From a virus (Duplodnaviria; Caudoviricetes): a DNA stretch of 64,000 nt. The notes under the pieces were generated by a model, which was given only the letters and a program-made list of their open reading frames with translations, was not told the DNA's origin and made no database searches. Below, in pieces: positions 20,601-30,018 of the stretch. The stretch covers positions 1 to 64,000 of IMG/VR virus record IMGVR_UViG_3300025848_000001; one strand, 5' to 3'. A program made the translations under genes and the position numbers. How positions within the stretch are numbered: the stretch's first letter is position 1; the number at the start of each line of letters is the position of its first letter.

Positions 20601-23600
20601 CCATAACATAACCAGGAATTGAATCTGAAGTGCTAGTTCCTGGACCCTGAATTAATCCATTAAAAGTACCACCTAAATATTTTTTATAATAAAATACTCT
20701 ATTTGCTCCAGCTATATCTTCTTTAGAATAAACAATGATATCTGACTTAACTACTTTATTTGTTTCATCAACAAATATGTGATCTTTTACTACATCTCCA
20801 GGATTCAATCCTCTTGCATTATTTATAAATTTACTTGCTGGCTCTGTATATATTTGTTTGCCCTCTGGCGTTACTCCAAGTGACTGTCTGTCACCATTTC
20901 TTCCTTGAGGTACAGAAGTTGTTACTGGATCATTTTTGCCAGCTGGACCAGCTACTGGCACAACAGTTTCTTTTCCATCTGTTCCAGATGCTGTTCCAGT
21001 ATTAGTTTTTACTCCAGCGATTATTCCAAGAAGCCTAATCATTTCATCTTGTCTTACATTCATTCCACCAAATATATCTTTTAATGAACTTTCAAATTTA
21101 TTTGTAGTTCCATCTAACTCTGCTTGTAGTATTGGAGCAAGTGATTGAATTACTGGATCTTTAGATGCTTTCATATCTTCTATAGTTTTTCTTACTATAG
21201 ATTTTTCAATATCATCATATCCGCCTTCTTTCATCATAAATGCTTGAATTGCTTTATTTAGCATCTCCTGCATTGCTTGTACATTTTTTGTAGCTGCATC
21301 AGAAGTTTTTTGTAAATTATCATAATCTGTTTCAAGAGATTTTAATCTATCACGCAATGAATCAATTATGTCTTCTTGTGCAGAAACATCTTGATTTTCT
21401 TTATCACTTATAGATCTCTTAGCTAATTCTAATTGCTGTTGGCCAACAAGTCTTTGAATATCCAACTGAGCTTGTGCTGCTGTCTGCATATCTCCTGCAG
21501 CCATTGCATTATTATATTCAAGCTGTTTCTTTTTAATTTGAAGCAATACATCTTCATCTTGTTGTTCACGCTCTAAAGCTTGTCTTCTTTGATCAGCTTC
21601 TTCCTTAATAGATTCAATTATCTTTTGATGTTTTTCTATTTCGTCTTCTAGAGCTGCTTTTCTATCTTCATAAGTTTGTATAACTTTTTCATTAATTACT
21701 AATGTCTTTTTAGACTCTTCATTAATTTGTTTTACTAAAGCCTGGAAAGGATTAGATGAAGTATCTTCTCTAAATAGTGTATCTAACTTCATAAAAGCTA
21801 TTGATATTTTTTGTGCTTTTGCGGGATCTAAATTTGATAGATCCATTGATACTCCCATTGTATACAATCTTATCTTTGCATATACGCTAGCTAAACTTTC
21901 ATTTTTACCTAATATACTTTCTAATATAGGATTTTGATTTTTTAAATTATTTAACTGTTCATTTGTTAAATTAACAGAGCCTGCTTGTGAATTATTTATT
22001 CTCTCTAATTGAATTTGATAAGCTTCGGCTGCATCTACTGTTCCCCATTGATTTACTTTTAATCCTATAATTTTTTGCTCTGCATTTGATAAAGCATTAA
22101 ATAAAGTATCTAAACTGTCTCCTAGCTGATCCACATTTCCATTCTTAAGTAAATTAAAAAATGTGTTTAATGCCGAAGATGCAGCAGTAGCTTCATCTTT
22201 TATAGCTCTAAAACCTTCTGAAGCAATTGCTTTAACAGCATAAGCAGCTTTATTAGATTGTGATATTAAAGCATATATTATATTAGTAGCTTCTTGTGCT
22301 GACATTCCTCCCGCAACAAATTGGGCTTTTAATTGTTCGGCTTTTGCAGAAACTTCTGCTCCAGATGCTTTGTCAAACATTTTAATTAAATCTGGAAATT
22401 CTTGTTTAACTTTTGCCTGTAACTCTTTTAATTCTTTTATAGATACAGTTAACCCTGGAACACCAGCACTGGTATAACTTGAAAATAGCGCTCCGCCAGA
22501 TTCTTTTATTGCAGTCATTCTATCCTTAGCTGCTTTTAATGTATCGTTAAGAGAAGTAAATTTTAGATTTAATTTATCTACAGTATCTTGTGTTGGAGCA
22601 AATCCTTGATCAATAATTCTTCTATGCTCATTAATCATATCGTTTACTTTTTTAATAGCTAATCCGATACCAATTATTGCTGCACCAATTTTAATTGGGC
22701 CAGGAAGTCTCCACATCCACTGGAATGCTCTCTTAGCCAAAGAACCTTTTTCTGCGGCTTCCTTACTTGCTAAACCTATTTTTGACAATGCTTGATAAGC
22801 TGCTAGTTCTCCTAATATGCTTCCAGCAATTGCCCCAAATGTTCCACCAAGTTGTCCGCCAATCATCATTCCACCCATGCTGCCAACTACAGATGCTCCC
22901 ATCATTGCGCCAGTTCCCATTTGCTTAGCCATGCCAGGATTTGGTGCCATTATTACCTGACCATTAGTAGGTTGTGCATCAGTAGATGCAACATAGTAAG
23001 GACTTTGTCTTGGAGTTTCTCTCCAGGAACCTGGATTACCTTGCCATGTTGCAGCTTTTGGATTATTTGAGCCGTAATTTCTTCTGCTTCTTCTTACAAT
23101 TCCTCCACCACGATTATATTTAGGTACAGAATGAGCTGAATGATATTTAGACCAATTTACATTCATTCCTTCATCAAGTCTGCCTAGCATTGCTAAATAA
23201 GGGGCCCTGTCTGATTCTGGCAAAGACTCTATAAATTTAAGAAGCTTGGGCCTCATTTTTGTCATAGACGATTTCATTTTTGCACCGTATTGACGTGAAC
23301 TCATTGACGCAGCAATATCTTTTGTATTATGTGTAAAATCTTTTCTTGCTCCACCTCTAACTGCAAGTAAATTAATTAAAGCTTGTTGCTCCATCGAATG
23401 CATATTAGTGGCATGAGAAGTATTCATTGATGCTCTAGAAAAGACGCCTGCTGGCCCAACATCAGCTAATACATTTCCAAATACATTTGATTTTGATAAA
23501 TCTTTGTTACCAAAAAGTAAAGATGCTATTGTCTGCCTAATCATTTGATCTGGTGTAAATTTAGTTCCGCCTGTAGCAAACATTGGATTAAATGGAGATT

Positions 23601-26600
23601 CAAGTCCTAATAATTTTGATTTTCCAGTTGGGTCTAGAGGGTTTTTAATTGTTCTTATTATTTGTTCAGGAGAATCCAATCCAAAAACTTCTCTAGCCAT
23701 TCTAGTTCCATACATCTCTGCTTTTGCGGATATTTCATTTGGAACACCTTTAAAGAAAACTAATTCACCTTTATCGTTTTTATAAAGACCTGATACTCCA
23801 GGAATAGGAAAGCTTTTACCTGTACTTGGGGCTATCATATGACTATAATTAGCAGCTGGAGTGTCTGCAAAATTTCCTAAAGATTTTTTACTAGAAAGTA
23901 TTTTAGCCCACTCTAATACCTTTAGCATTTTTTCTGGAGACAATAATGAAATTGGATTTCCATATCCCATTCTTCCACGAACTATAGACCCTCCAGGAAT
24001 TAAACCGCCTTCATTTAATCTAGCATCTACAAATGAAGTTCTTGGCATTAAATTAAATCTTGGGTTATTAAGTAAAGATAAGAATTGTAAGAATGATCTA
24101 TTTCCTACAGCACCCCTACTTATTGATTTACGTAATTCATCCATGCTGCCTACACCAGAAGTTTTTGTAGCCCAGTTTATTAAAGATTTTGCGTGTGGGT
24201 TATCAAATGCTACAAAGTTACCCCACAATTTTCTATTTCTAGTTTCTCCAAGTTGTGAGTGAAGCCAATTGATATCGGATTCCCCTGCCATTGCTTGTAA
24301 ATAATTTCCTCTTGCGCTATATCCCCAAGAACCACTACTTGAAGTTTTACCAGAAATATCTCTTGGAGACATGTGCTCTGAAGCAAATTTATTTTTTGTT
24401 TTATCTCTTAATAAATCAAGAAGATCTTTTTCATTTGCAGCATTTAAATGTTCTGTATCTAATCCAAATACTGAACTATATATTCTATCAACTTCTCCAG
24501 ATTTTAATCTAGCGACTACATCTGGATCATTTGCTAATTCTCTTAATAAACTGATAGAGCCTGTATCTATTTGAGAAGCATGCAAATTCATTGTGCCTGC
24601 TCCTACGCCAATAAGATTCTTTGACAATCCTAGTTTACTTAATTTAGCTTGTCTTGCTTTTACTATTCTCAAAGCTTCTTTTTTAAATTTAGCTCTATTT
24701 ACTCTTCCAGATGTCTTGGATGTAGATAGCCTATATGCATTCTCTACATCTTCATGAGCCATCTTTACCGCTTCTTTTGGATCTACTCCAATAGACACTA
24801 GCGCTGAAGCAGCATTTATTTTCATTCTAAACTTAGCTTCTTCTGTCCAATCTGCAGATACATCATATCTATTTGCTATTGCTGCTCTTGATTTATAATC
24901 ATCCCAATTACCGTAATTGCCTATGCCTCTCATAATTTGCCCGCCCAAATTATATCCATTATTTGCAGCATCTACGATTGCATAAAGCTCTGGCATTTTT
25001 GATATTTTAGGACCAAACACAATTTCACCAGGAGTTAGGGCTGCTGTAATTTTTCCGCCGTCTTCATATGTATACGGTGCCATTGCTACTATATCAGCAT
25101 AATCTGGATTTTGAGCAGCCTCTTGATTTAATACATATCCACCAACTGGAATAGATCCTAGCCTATCGTCATAATTAATTGATGTATCTCCAGACACTAC
25201 AGTTTTTCCTGGACCAAATGATTCGACTCCGCCACCCGTATTAAATCTTGGCAATCTTGTAGTTTGTATACTATATGGAGCACCAAATGTTCTTATACCC
25301 CTTAATCTTCCAAACTCTTCCATTACTGCTTTGTTGGCATCTTTTTTATATAAATCTCTTAGTGTAAATTGTCCTGAAGCATCAACAACTGGCTGATCCA
25401 TTAATGGGGCTTTTGTAAAATCAATTGTTCTTCCTCTTGACGCAGCAAATGCTGAAACTTCAGATCTCATCATCATATCAATTTCAGCATTTAATGCCAT
25501 AATTCTGGTTATTGCTTGTTCTGTTGTTATCTTTGCAGCCATTAAATCATCAACAATTAATGCAGATTCAGTTGCAGCTTTTTGTGTAAATTTTTGAGTT
25601 ATTGGTAAAATGTCGTCAAATGTTTGTAGTAAATCAGTGCTTACTGTTCCACCTAATGCTATTGTTTTCTTTAATGCTGCAACCTCTGCTTCTGTTTGCA
25701 TTCCTAAAGTTGCCATTAGCGCATGGAATTTAGCAGCTTCTGGAGCAACAATTCCAGTAGACACTCCCTTTATTGAAGTAACTCCTTCTATGTTTGGCAA
25801 ACGATCCGTCATGTATATCTGAGGAGTTCTACCTATTTTTTGATTTACTGGAGTGGCTCCTGGAACACCACCAAATATTGAAGCAGGGTTATTTGGATCA
25901 CGTGGATTAATATGAGACATTGAACGTGTATCTATATCACCAACTAATGGGTTAGTAGGGTCTACTTCTCTTATTCCTCCAGCAACTACCAATCTTCCGC
26001 CAGTTGTTGTTACAGAAGGAGTTACCCCTGGGCTTACTGGAACAACGCCATTAATCATTGCTCTTTCAAGACTTGCATAATCATTTATTAATTTTTGTAA
26101 TGCAGTATGCAATACACCTGCAGCTGTTGCGTCTGAATAAAATGCTTTTTCTACAAGATTAGCTGCTTTTTCTGCAGCAATCATTTCTGGTGTAAGCATC
26201 TTCCAACCCTTTGTTCCTTGGAAGAATGACTTCATTAAAACAATGCCCTTTGTTATATAGCCAAAGAAGTTAGCAAGAACACCAGTTATCATAATTAATG
26301 GTCCAGCAATTGCTGTTATAGCACCAAATCCAGCTATAAATTTTTTAATTGGATCTGGTAATCCGCTTACAAAATCAACAATCTTTTCAAATATATTTAA
26401 TATTTTTGTTCCAAAATTTAAAAAGTTATCTCCTATACCAGCAAGGCTTGCCTTTAACGATTCTACTGCTCTCTTAAATTTACCTGAAGCTGATTCTGTA
26501 ACTAATGTTAATTCTCGTCCTGCAACTGAAGCTAGCTCTGAAGCGCTAGCATTCATTAAATTCATAACCTGTAATGTCTGGCTTCCCTCTTTACCTAAGT

Positions 26601-27951
26601 TATTAAATAATGCAGCCATTCTTGCAAATTGGAATTTTCCAAACATTTGCTCTAATGCTCTTGCTTTACTTAAAGGATCCAAACCATCTAAAGCTTTTTG
26701 CAATCCCAATATCATTCCTGTTGTGTTGCCAGTGTTTTGAGCAACTAAGCCCATTATGTCTATTCCAAAATCAGACATTACAGCAACTGTTTGTTTTGTA
26801 GGATTAATCATAGATGCAAGACCAGATTTTAGTGCGTTAGCTGCTTCTGATGCATTAACGCCGCCTTCTCGCATAGCGGTTAAATATAAAGCTAAATCTT
26901 CTACGCTTCCACCTAATTGCTTAACTACGGTTCCTGCTTTTGGAATAGCCTCAACCAAATCGTTAAGCGTTGTGGATGTTTGGTTTTCAACTGCGTTTAA
27001 AAAGTTAATTGATTCGGTTAGTTCTTGTGTATTAGATTTAAAAGCAGTTTGTATCGCAAGAGTAGCCTTCATTGCTTCTTGCCTATCTACTTCACCTAAT
27101 ACTGATAATCTTGTTGTTTCTTTAACTGAAGCTAATAGGTCATTACCAGTTTTACCTGTTGCAGCAATATCAGCTGCTAAAGCTAGAGTGTCTTTAAAAC
27201 TTACTCCCATTGTTTGAGATAATTCTTTTGCAGTTTCAGTTACATCTTTTCTTATTTTATCTAATTGCTGTGATGAAGACCCAGATATATCTCCATAGAC
27301 CTTGACTAATCTTGTTAATTCCTGATCTGCTTCTCTAAATGCTTTTGCTGCCTGTGTTCCAAACATTGCTAACGGGACTGTTAATCCAACCGTTAACTGA
27401 CGGCCAGCCCATTGAGTATTTTTACCCCAGTTGATTAACTGAGTAGATCCTTCTAGTAAAGCCTTGTTCATAATCTGCAATTCCATTCTTGCTAATTGAG
27501 ATTTATTTTTAACTAAATCTAAACCTCTTGGAACTGCAACATTAAATTGCATTAGACCTTGAGCATTTCTACCCAATGGCTGCAATACTGCATTTTGTAA
27601 CATAACTTGCTCTCTAGCAAGTTCTCTAATTAATCCTTTTGATGTCTTTGCATGCTGTTGAAATGTACTGAAATAATCTCTTAATTTTAATCTTCCGCCA
27701 TCTAAATTTTTACCAAACTTATCTACATCTGATTGTAAATTAACAAAGTGGCTTGAAAACAAGCCACTTTGTGTTAAAGTATCTCTAAATGCATTATTGG
27801 CAACTTTTGTAGATGCTGCAATTGATTTATTAGATGCAAGTAATTCTCTTTGTAATTTTTGTAGACTAGCAGTAACCCTATGTACTTCTGATACAAGGTT
27901 TGATAAGTCAGCCTTGGCGACTATACTCGTTACAATTTGCTCGTCAGCCAC
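17614..27951 (-). CDS. Tape measure protein (3445 aa) with embedded enzyme-like cassettes
   Basis: N-terminal TP901-type TMP core, TM-like Gly/Ala segments, GPGTSTSDSIP motif; downstream of the frameshifted chaperone. Confidence 0.95.
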   Translation of the reverse strand: MADEQIVTSIVAKADLSNLVSEVHRVTASLQKLQRELLASNKSIAASTKVANNAFRDTLTQSGLFSSHFVNLQSDVDKFGKNLDGGRLKLRDYFSTFQQHAKTSKGLIRELAREQVMLQNAVLQPLGRNAQGLMQFNVAVPRGLDLVKNKSQLARMELQIMNKALLEGSTQLINWGKNTQWAGRQLTVGLTVPLAMFGTQAAKAFREADQELTRLVKVYGDISGSSSQQLDKIRKDVTETAKELSQTMGVSFKDTLALAADIAATGKTGNDLLASVKETTRLSVLGEVDRQEAMKATLAIQTAFKSNTQELTESINFLNAVENQTSTTLNDLVEAIPKAGTVVKQLGGSVEDLALYLTAMREGGVNASEAANALKSGLASMINPTKQTVAVMSDFGIDIMGLVAQNTGNTTGMILGLQKALDGLDPLSKARALEQMFGKFQFARMAALFNNLGKEGSQTLQVMNLMNASASELASVAGRELTLVTESASGKFKRAVESLKASLAGIGDNFLNFGTKILNIFEKIVDFVSGLPDPIKKFIAGFGAITAIAGPLIMITGVLANFFGYITKGIVLMKSFFQGTKGWKMLTPEMIAAEKAANLVEKAFYSDATAAGVLHTALQKLINDYASLERAMINGVVPVSPGVTPSVTTTGGRLVVAGGIREVDPTNPLVGDIDTRSMSHINPRDPNNPASIFGGVPGATPVNQKIGRTPQIYMTDRLPNIEGVTSIKGVSTGIVAPEAAKFHALMATLGMQTEAEVAALKKTIALGGTVSTDLLQTFDDILPITQKFTQKAATESALIVDDLMAAKITTEQAITRIMALNAEIDMMMRSEVSAFAASRGRTIDFTKAPLMDQPVVDASGQFTLRDLYKKDANKAVMEEFGRLRGIRTFGAPYSIQTTRLPRFNTGGGVESFGPGKTVVSGDTSINYDDRLGSIPVGGYVLNQEAAQNPDYADIVAMAPYTYEDGGKITAALTPGEIVFGPKISKMPELYAIVDAANNGYNLGGQIMRGIGNYGNWDDYKSRAAIANRYDVSADWTEEAKFRMKINAASALVSIGVDPKEAVKMAHEDVENAYRLSTSKTSGRVNRAKFKKEALRIVKARQAKLSKLGLSKNLIGVGAGTMNLHASQIDTGSISLLRELANDPDVVARLKSGEVDRIYSSVFGLDTEHLNAANEKDLLDLLRDKTKNKFASEHMSPRDISGKTSSSGSWGYSARGNYLQAMAGESDINWLHSQLGETRNRKLWGNFVAFDNPHAKSLINWATKTSGVGSMDELRKSISRGAVGNRSFLQFLSLLNNPRFNLMPRTSFVDARLNEGGLIPGGSIVRGRMGYGNPISLLSPEKMLKVLEWAKILSSKKSLGNFADTPAANYSHMIAPSTGKSFPIPGVSGLYKNDKGELVFFKGVPNEISAKAEMYGTRMAREVFGLDSPEQIIRTIKNPLDPTGKSKLLGLESPFNPMFATGGTKFTPDQMIRQTIASLLFGNKDLSKSNVFGNVLADVGPAGVFSRASMNTSHATNMHSMEQQALINLLAVRGGARKDFTHNTKDIAASMSSRQYGAKMKSSMTKMRPKLLKFIESLPESDRAPYLAMLGRLDEGMNVNWSKYHSAHSVPKYNRGGGIVRRSRRNYGSNNPKAATWQGNPGSWRETPRQSPYYVASTDAQPTNGQVIMAPNPGMAKQMGTGAMMGASVVGSMGGMMIGGQLGGTFGAIAGSILGELAAYQALSKIGLASKEAAEKGSLAKRAFQWMWRLPGPIKIGAAIIGIGLAIKKVNDMINEHRRIIDQGFAPTQDTVDKLNLKFTSLNDTLKAAKDRMTAIKESGGALFSSYTSAGVPGLTVSIKELKELQAKVKQEFPDLIKMFDKASGAEVSAKAEQLKAQFVAGGMSAQEATNIIYALISQSNKAAYAVKAIASEGFRAIKDEATAASSALNTFFNLLKNGNVDQLGDSLDTLFNALSNAEQKIIGLKVNQWGTVDAAEAYQIQLERINNSQAGSVNLTNEQLNNLKNQNPILESILGKNESLASVYAKIRLYTMGVSMDLSNLDPAKAQKISIAFMKLDTLFREDTSSNPFQALVKQINEESKKTLVINEKVIQTYEDRKAALEDEIEKHQKIIESIKEEADQRRQALEREQQDEDVLLQIKKKQLEYNNAMAAGDMQTAAQAQLDIQRLVGQQQLELAKRSISDKENQDVSAQEDIIDSLRDRLKSLETDYDNLQKTSDAATKNVQAMQEMLNKAIQAFMMKEGGYDDIEKSIVRKTIEDMKASKDPVIQSLAPILQAELDGTTNKFESSLKDIFGGMNVRQDEMIRLLGIIAGVKTNTGTASGTDGKETVVPVAGPAGKNDPVTTSVPQGRNGDRQSLGVTPEGKQIYTEPASKFINNARGLNPGDVVKDHIFVDETNKVVKSDIIVYSKEDIAGANRVFYYKKYLGGTFNGLIQGPGTSTSDSIPGYVMGSNGGISPIKVSNEEYITRGASVDDVTVPNMDLINKYGSDGVIMAAKNILGFAQGGFIGKYAAGSTGGIKQPTYNFNNLEDRMSYSMQKLISAGLTKEAASGIVGNLIAESTLNPRSNETPHRHPKTGKLFWAGRGIAQWGADARWKNYLAWLKRNGRKDVYSLENQIDFLIYEMPSQGTTIKAMNKTNSIAEATKLFMLKYERPHKDYYRLNTRNFWAYRAYKIATGKDYIDVVGSKYSGPDEARSNYSNLVSSPDFVDKQNLNMNTLIPMKVAGITKLSALGFKEGGSLNPLINNRKPGVPYTRSGRPIGSPHGRYWGELERLYQQSPIGFDKYGKPIFNNDGKDPWGGTEIPGLKFTGNIPQFSDYWHQMAEQPKKPYGGPGLGLDKSPERYAGSGASMGGIGNGAYGLGPLMFNQGGYLGFKDGGAPHEKGMRNQVPAKKLNWFQKYVNSLTKSQDEAQSLLNSSKFTSWMSADPLGLKSLLRKVAGQGRKGDTLSAALFPLNFVGTGALAKLGVTAATGSTAISSTKASTTIMRNLRKAIVESAISSGRAVPSISSTDSLKLSTSMFDESSDIGAAFRKYWGKAYDILVSSKNPVVEGMSKDDFFKSIVGNAENATSRWKGEGFDFSGPSASQIDKPSDFIKAANAAYLQAHGLSASQPLAMFRAVRAPWNYDNYVSGMMMSDPSLTPEQIFSTNIAHELGGYWSLNSRMAASYLRNLGLTRTNLAGKQYGGLYRADIPAEAFPTPIGMGGMMEEYANVFNPATIDSLRSATRIGLGWNGQGGPQRYLRMYDFYKTALMPSKGKVSPEAVERLKSVLSENEIRALMQIMKDSDSGRSIKLSSPLMTAMPGHSKYNLEQGGTTLWLDIIKRAEEALGQSLLIPKMAKGGYAGQIRKFHDWNGPIPGAYGSEVSAILQAGREGVYDTDYVNALRNGTMNTTSTNNKNINIGSVQMTFTEPVKNGRQVFEEFKSLMSFEKSASNSNISLGVGA

Positions 27952-27954
27952 TAA

Positions 27955-28326
27955 TTACTCCTTAGAGTATCCTAATCCCATTCCGATTCCAAATCCAGCT
28001 TCGCTTGCAAACGAACCCTGTAATGATACTACATCATCACCAGATGCGTTTATTCCTAAAGCCCTTCTTCGAACATCGTCGAAACTAGAACCCTCCTTTT
28101 CTTTTTTATCATCTCTAAGGTCTACTCCCTGTAAAGATGCTAAAAATATTCTATTTTCTTCTTCAGCTTTTTGTTTTGATTTCAGAGTCTGAAGAATCTC
28201 TGGCATTGATAGATTGCTTTCTATTTCGTCATAATTCTTCCAGTTTCCTAGAAGAAATAACTCTCCTAATAAAGCGGCAAGATCTAGTTCTGACCAGCCA
28301 GAACCGCTGCCGCCATCAGGTTTGGG
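27955..28326 (-). CDS. Tail assembly chaperone, -1 frame extension (gpGT-like)
   Basis: The -1 frame is open from the slippery site: PDGGSGSGWSELDLAALLGELFLLGNWKNYDEIESNLS then MPEILQ... (track ORF 27955..28206). Confidence 0.85.
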   Translation of the reverse strand, partial: PKPDGGSGSGWSELDLAALLGELFLLGNWKNYDEIESNLSMPEILQTLKSKQKAEEENRIFLASLQGVDLRDDKKEKEGSSFDDVRRRALGINASGDDVVSLQGSFASEAGFGIGMGLGYSKE

Positions 28327-28616
28327 TCGTCCATCTTAATTCCTCCACAAACTTCTAGAATGCGGTTAATTGTTGGAACATCCAAAGCATCTTCTAATGC
28401 GTCCCTATCTTTTACAAGATCTGGAAGTTGTTTTTCTAAAGCAACAGCGCATGCATCAATTAAAATTGTTAACGTCTCATCTTCATTTTGGACATCTGCT
28501 GTTTTTTGAATTACTGTCATGAACTTTCTCAACTCTTTAATTGTGAGTGGCTTTAGAATAGCTTTACTGCCATTCTGAAGTTCAATTTCTTCTATGTCGT
28601 ATACTTTTGTAGCCAA
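28284..28616 (-). CDS. Tail assembly chaperone (gpG-like)
   Basis: Between major tail protein and TMP; LKPLTIKELRKF; slippery heptamer near the 3' end. Confidence 0.85.
   Translation of the reverse strand: MATKVYDIEEIELQNGSKAILKPLTIKELRKFMTVIQKTADVQNEDETLTILIDACAVALEKQLPDLVKDRDALEDALDVPTINRILEVCGGIKMDDPNLMAAAVLAGQN
28320..28326 (-). other. Programmed -1 ribosomal frameshift site C CCA AAC
   Basis: XXXYYYZ heptamer in the correct phase (gaC CCA AAC) with an open -1 frame. Confidence 0.85.
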
Positions 28617-28676
28617 TTTATCCTCCTTAAGGATTGTCTTAATTATTATAACATAAGGATATTAAGACTACAAGTG

Positions 28677-28702
28677 AAAGGCCCCCATTTCTGGGGGCCT
28701 TT
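28677..28702. terminator. Intrinsic terminator-like hairpin after the major tail gene
   Basis: AAAGGCCCCC-ATTTCT-GGGGGCCTTT. Confidence 0.8.
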
Positions 28703-28726
28703 ATTTTTAATAATTAATTTTAATTA

Positions 28727-29407
28727 TTATGCCCAAGCACGGTCAATAATTAAACCGTATTCTTGACCGACCTTTGAAGCATCTGGAAGAAGACGGAATG
28801 TTACTGGGAACGTAGTTGGAGTTGTACGAGCCAAAGAGAACTGTGACTGTTGTACAGAAAGAACACGACGTGCATAATATACACGCTCTGTCTTTGGAGA
28901 AGCTGTTGTTGGAGCTTGTCCAACTGCAATTAGCTGACGCTCTGTTGGAGCCTCACCTAGTGATCCACCCGCAAGTGCGAGAACATCATTTCCACTTTGT
29001 GTTCCTGAAGATGGTGATGTCAAGGTGTCTGATCCCTGTCCAAATACAACTAGAACGTTTTCTAATGTACCTTCGGACATTTCTGTTGCGATCATAACCT
29101 CCATCGCAGACTTGAACAGCTTAGCTGTATCAAGTAACTGGTCAACCGTTACAGAATCATATGTTGGGTTATAAGTGATCTGAAGACCATTGTTAGTAAA
29201 ACCAACGTTTCTGTAATAGAATGCACCACTGTCTACACCATTAAGTGTTTCTGTATAAGATTTTGATGTCTCATATGCAGCTGCATCTGCTGTACCTGGT
29301 TCTGCGTTTTCCTTGTATGCTGATCCTTCTGTAATATCAATGTTTGAAATAAACAATGGGGAAGCACCAACGAGAATATTTTTAGCATTACCTGCTGATT
29401 GTGCCAT
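28727..29407 (-). CDS. Major tail protein
   Basis: NILVGA...VGFTNNGLQITY...VDQ...FPVTFRLL tail-tube pattern; strong AGGAGG RBS; downstream terminator. Confidence 0.85.
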   Translation of the reverse strand: MAQSAGNAKNILVGASPLFISNIDITEGSAYKENAEPGTADAAAYETSKSYTETLNGVDSGAFYYRNVGFTNNGLQITYNPTYDSVTVDQLLDTAKLFKSAMEVMIATEMSEGTLENVLVVFGQGSDTLTSPSSGTQSGNDVLALAGGSLGEAPTERQLIAVGQAPTTASPKTERVYYARRVLSVQQSQFSLARTTPTTFPVTFRLLPDASKVGQEYGLIIDRAWA

Positions 29408-29508
29408 GAAGTTAACCTCCTATTTCATGAAATAAATATATATATTTGTGGCTGGCTAGGCCCTTTCCTCTATGACTAATTTTAGAGTATAATACTGCCT
29501 AAAGCAAA

Positions 29509-30018
29509 CTAGGCGAACCTGCCGTTATTGTCTGTAATTCTTGAATATTTAACCTCAAGTATTACATCTGTTTCTAAAAATCCTTGAATTTCTTCTGATG
29601 GCTTTATTGGGGATATGTCTGCTATAAATATGCTATGGAACTTAAATCTGTCTGATAATCCAGACCAATAATTTATATCCTCCGCCGAATCATCCATTCT
29701 TCTAAATTCATCCATCATAAAATTTCTTATTTCTACTACATCAGCCAGATCGGTGGCATATATAGTAAACAATATTTGTTCACAGCATATCAACCAATTG
29801 TTCTCATAAGATATTCCTATTTTGTCGTAAACTATATGCTTCTTGCCGCTCAAAAATTGATTCATTTCTGGAGCCTGCTGAATTGGGATAAGCGGAATCA
29901 TAGTTTCTTTAATATTATCTGAATAATAATCATTTGCATCGAATATGTTTGCAGCTTTTAATTTATTCCAAAGGTACTTTCTTAACTCAAACATTGCATC
30001 TAATTTATAGTTAGGCAT
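29509..30018 (-). CDS. Putative tail terminator/completion protein
   Basis: Size and position directly before the major tail protein. Confidence 0.55.
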   Translation of the reverse strand: MPNYKLDAMFELRKYLWNKLKAANIFDANDYYSDNIKETMIPLIPIQQAPEMNQFLSGKKHIVYDKIGISYENNWLICCEQILFTIYATDLADVVEIRNFMMDEFRRMDDSAEDINYWSGLSDRFKFHSIFIADISPIKPSEEIQGFLETDVILEVKYSRITDNNGRFA

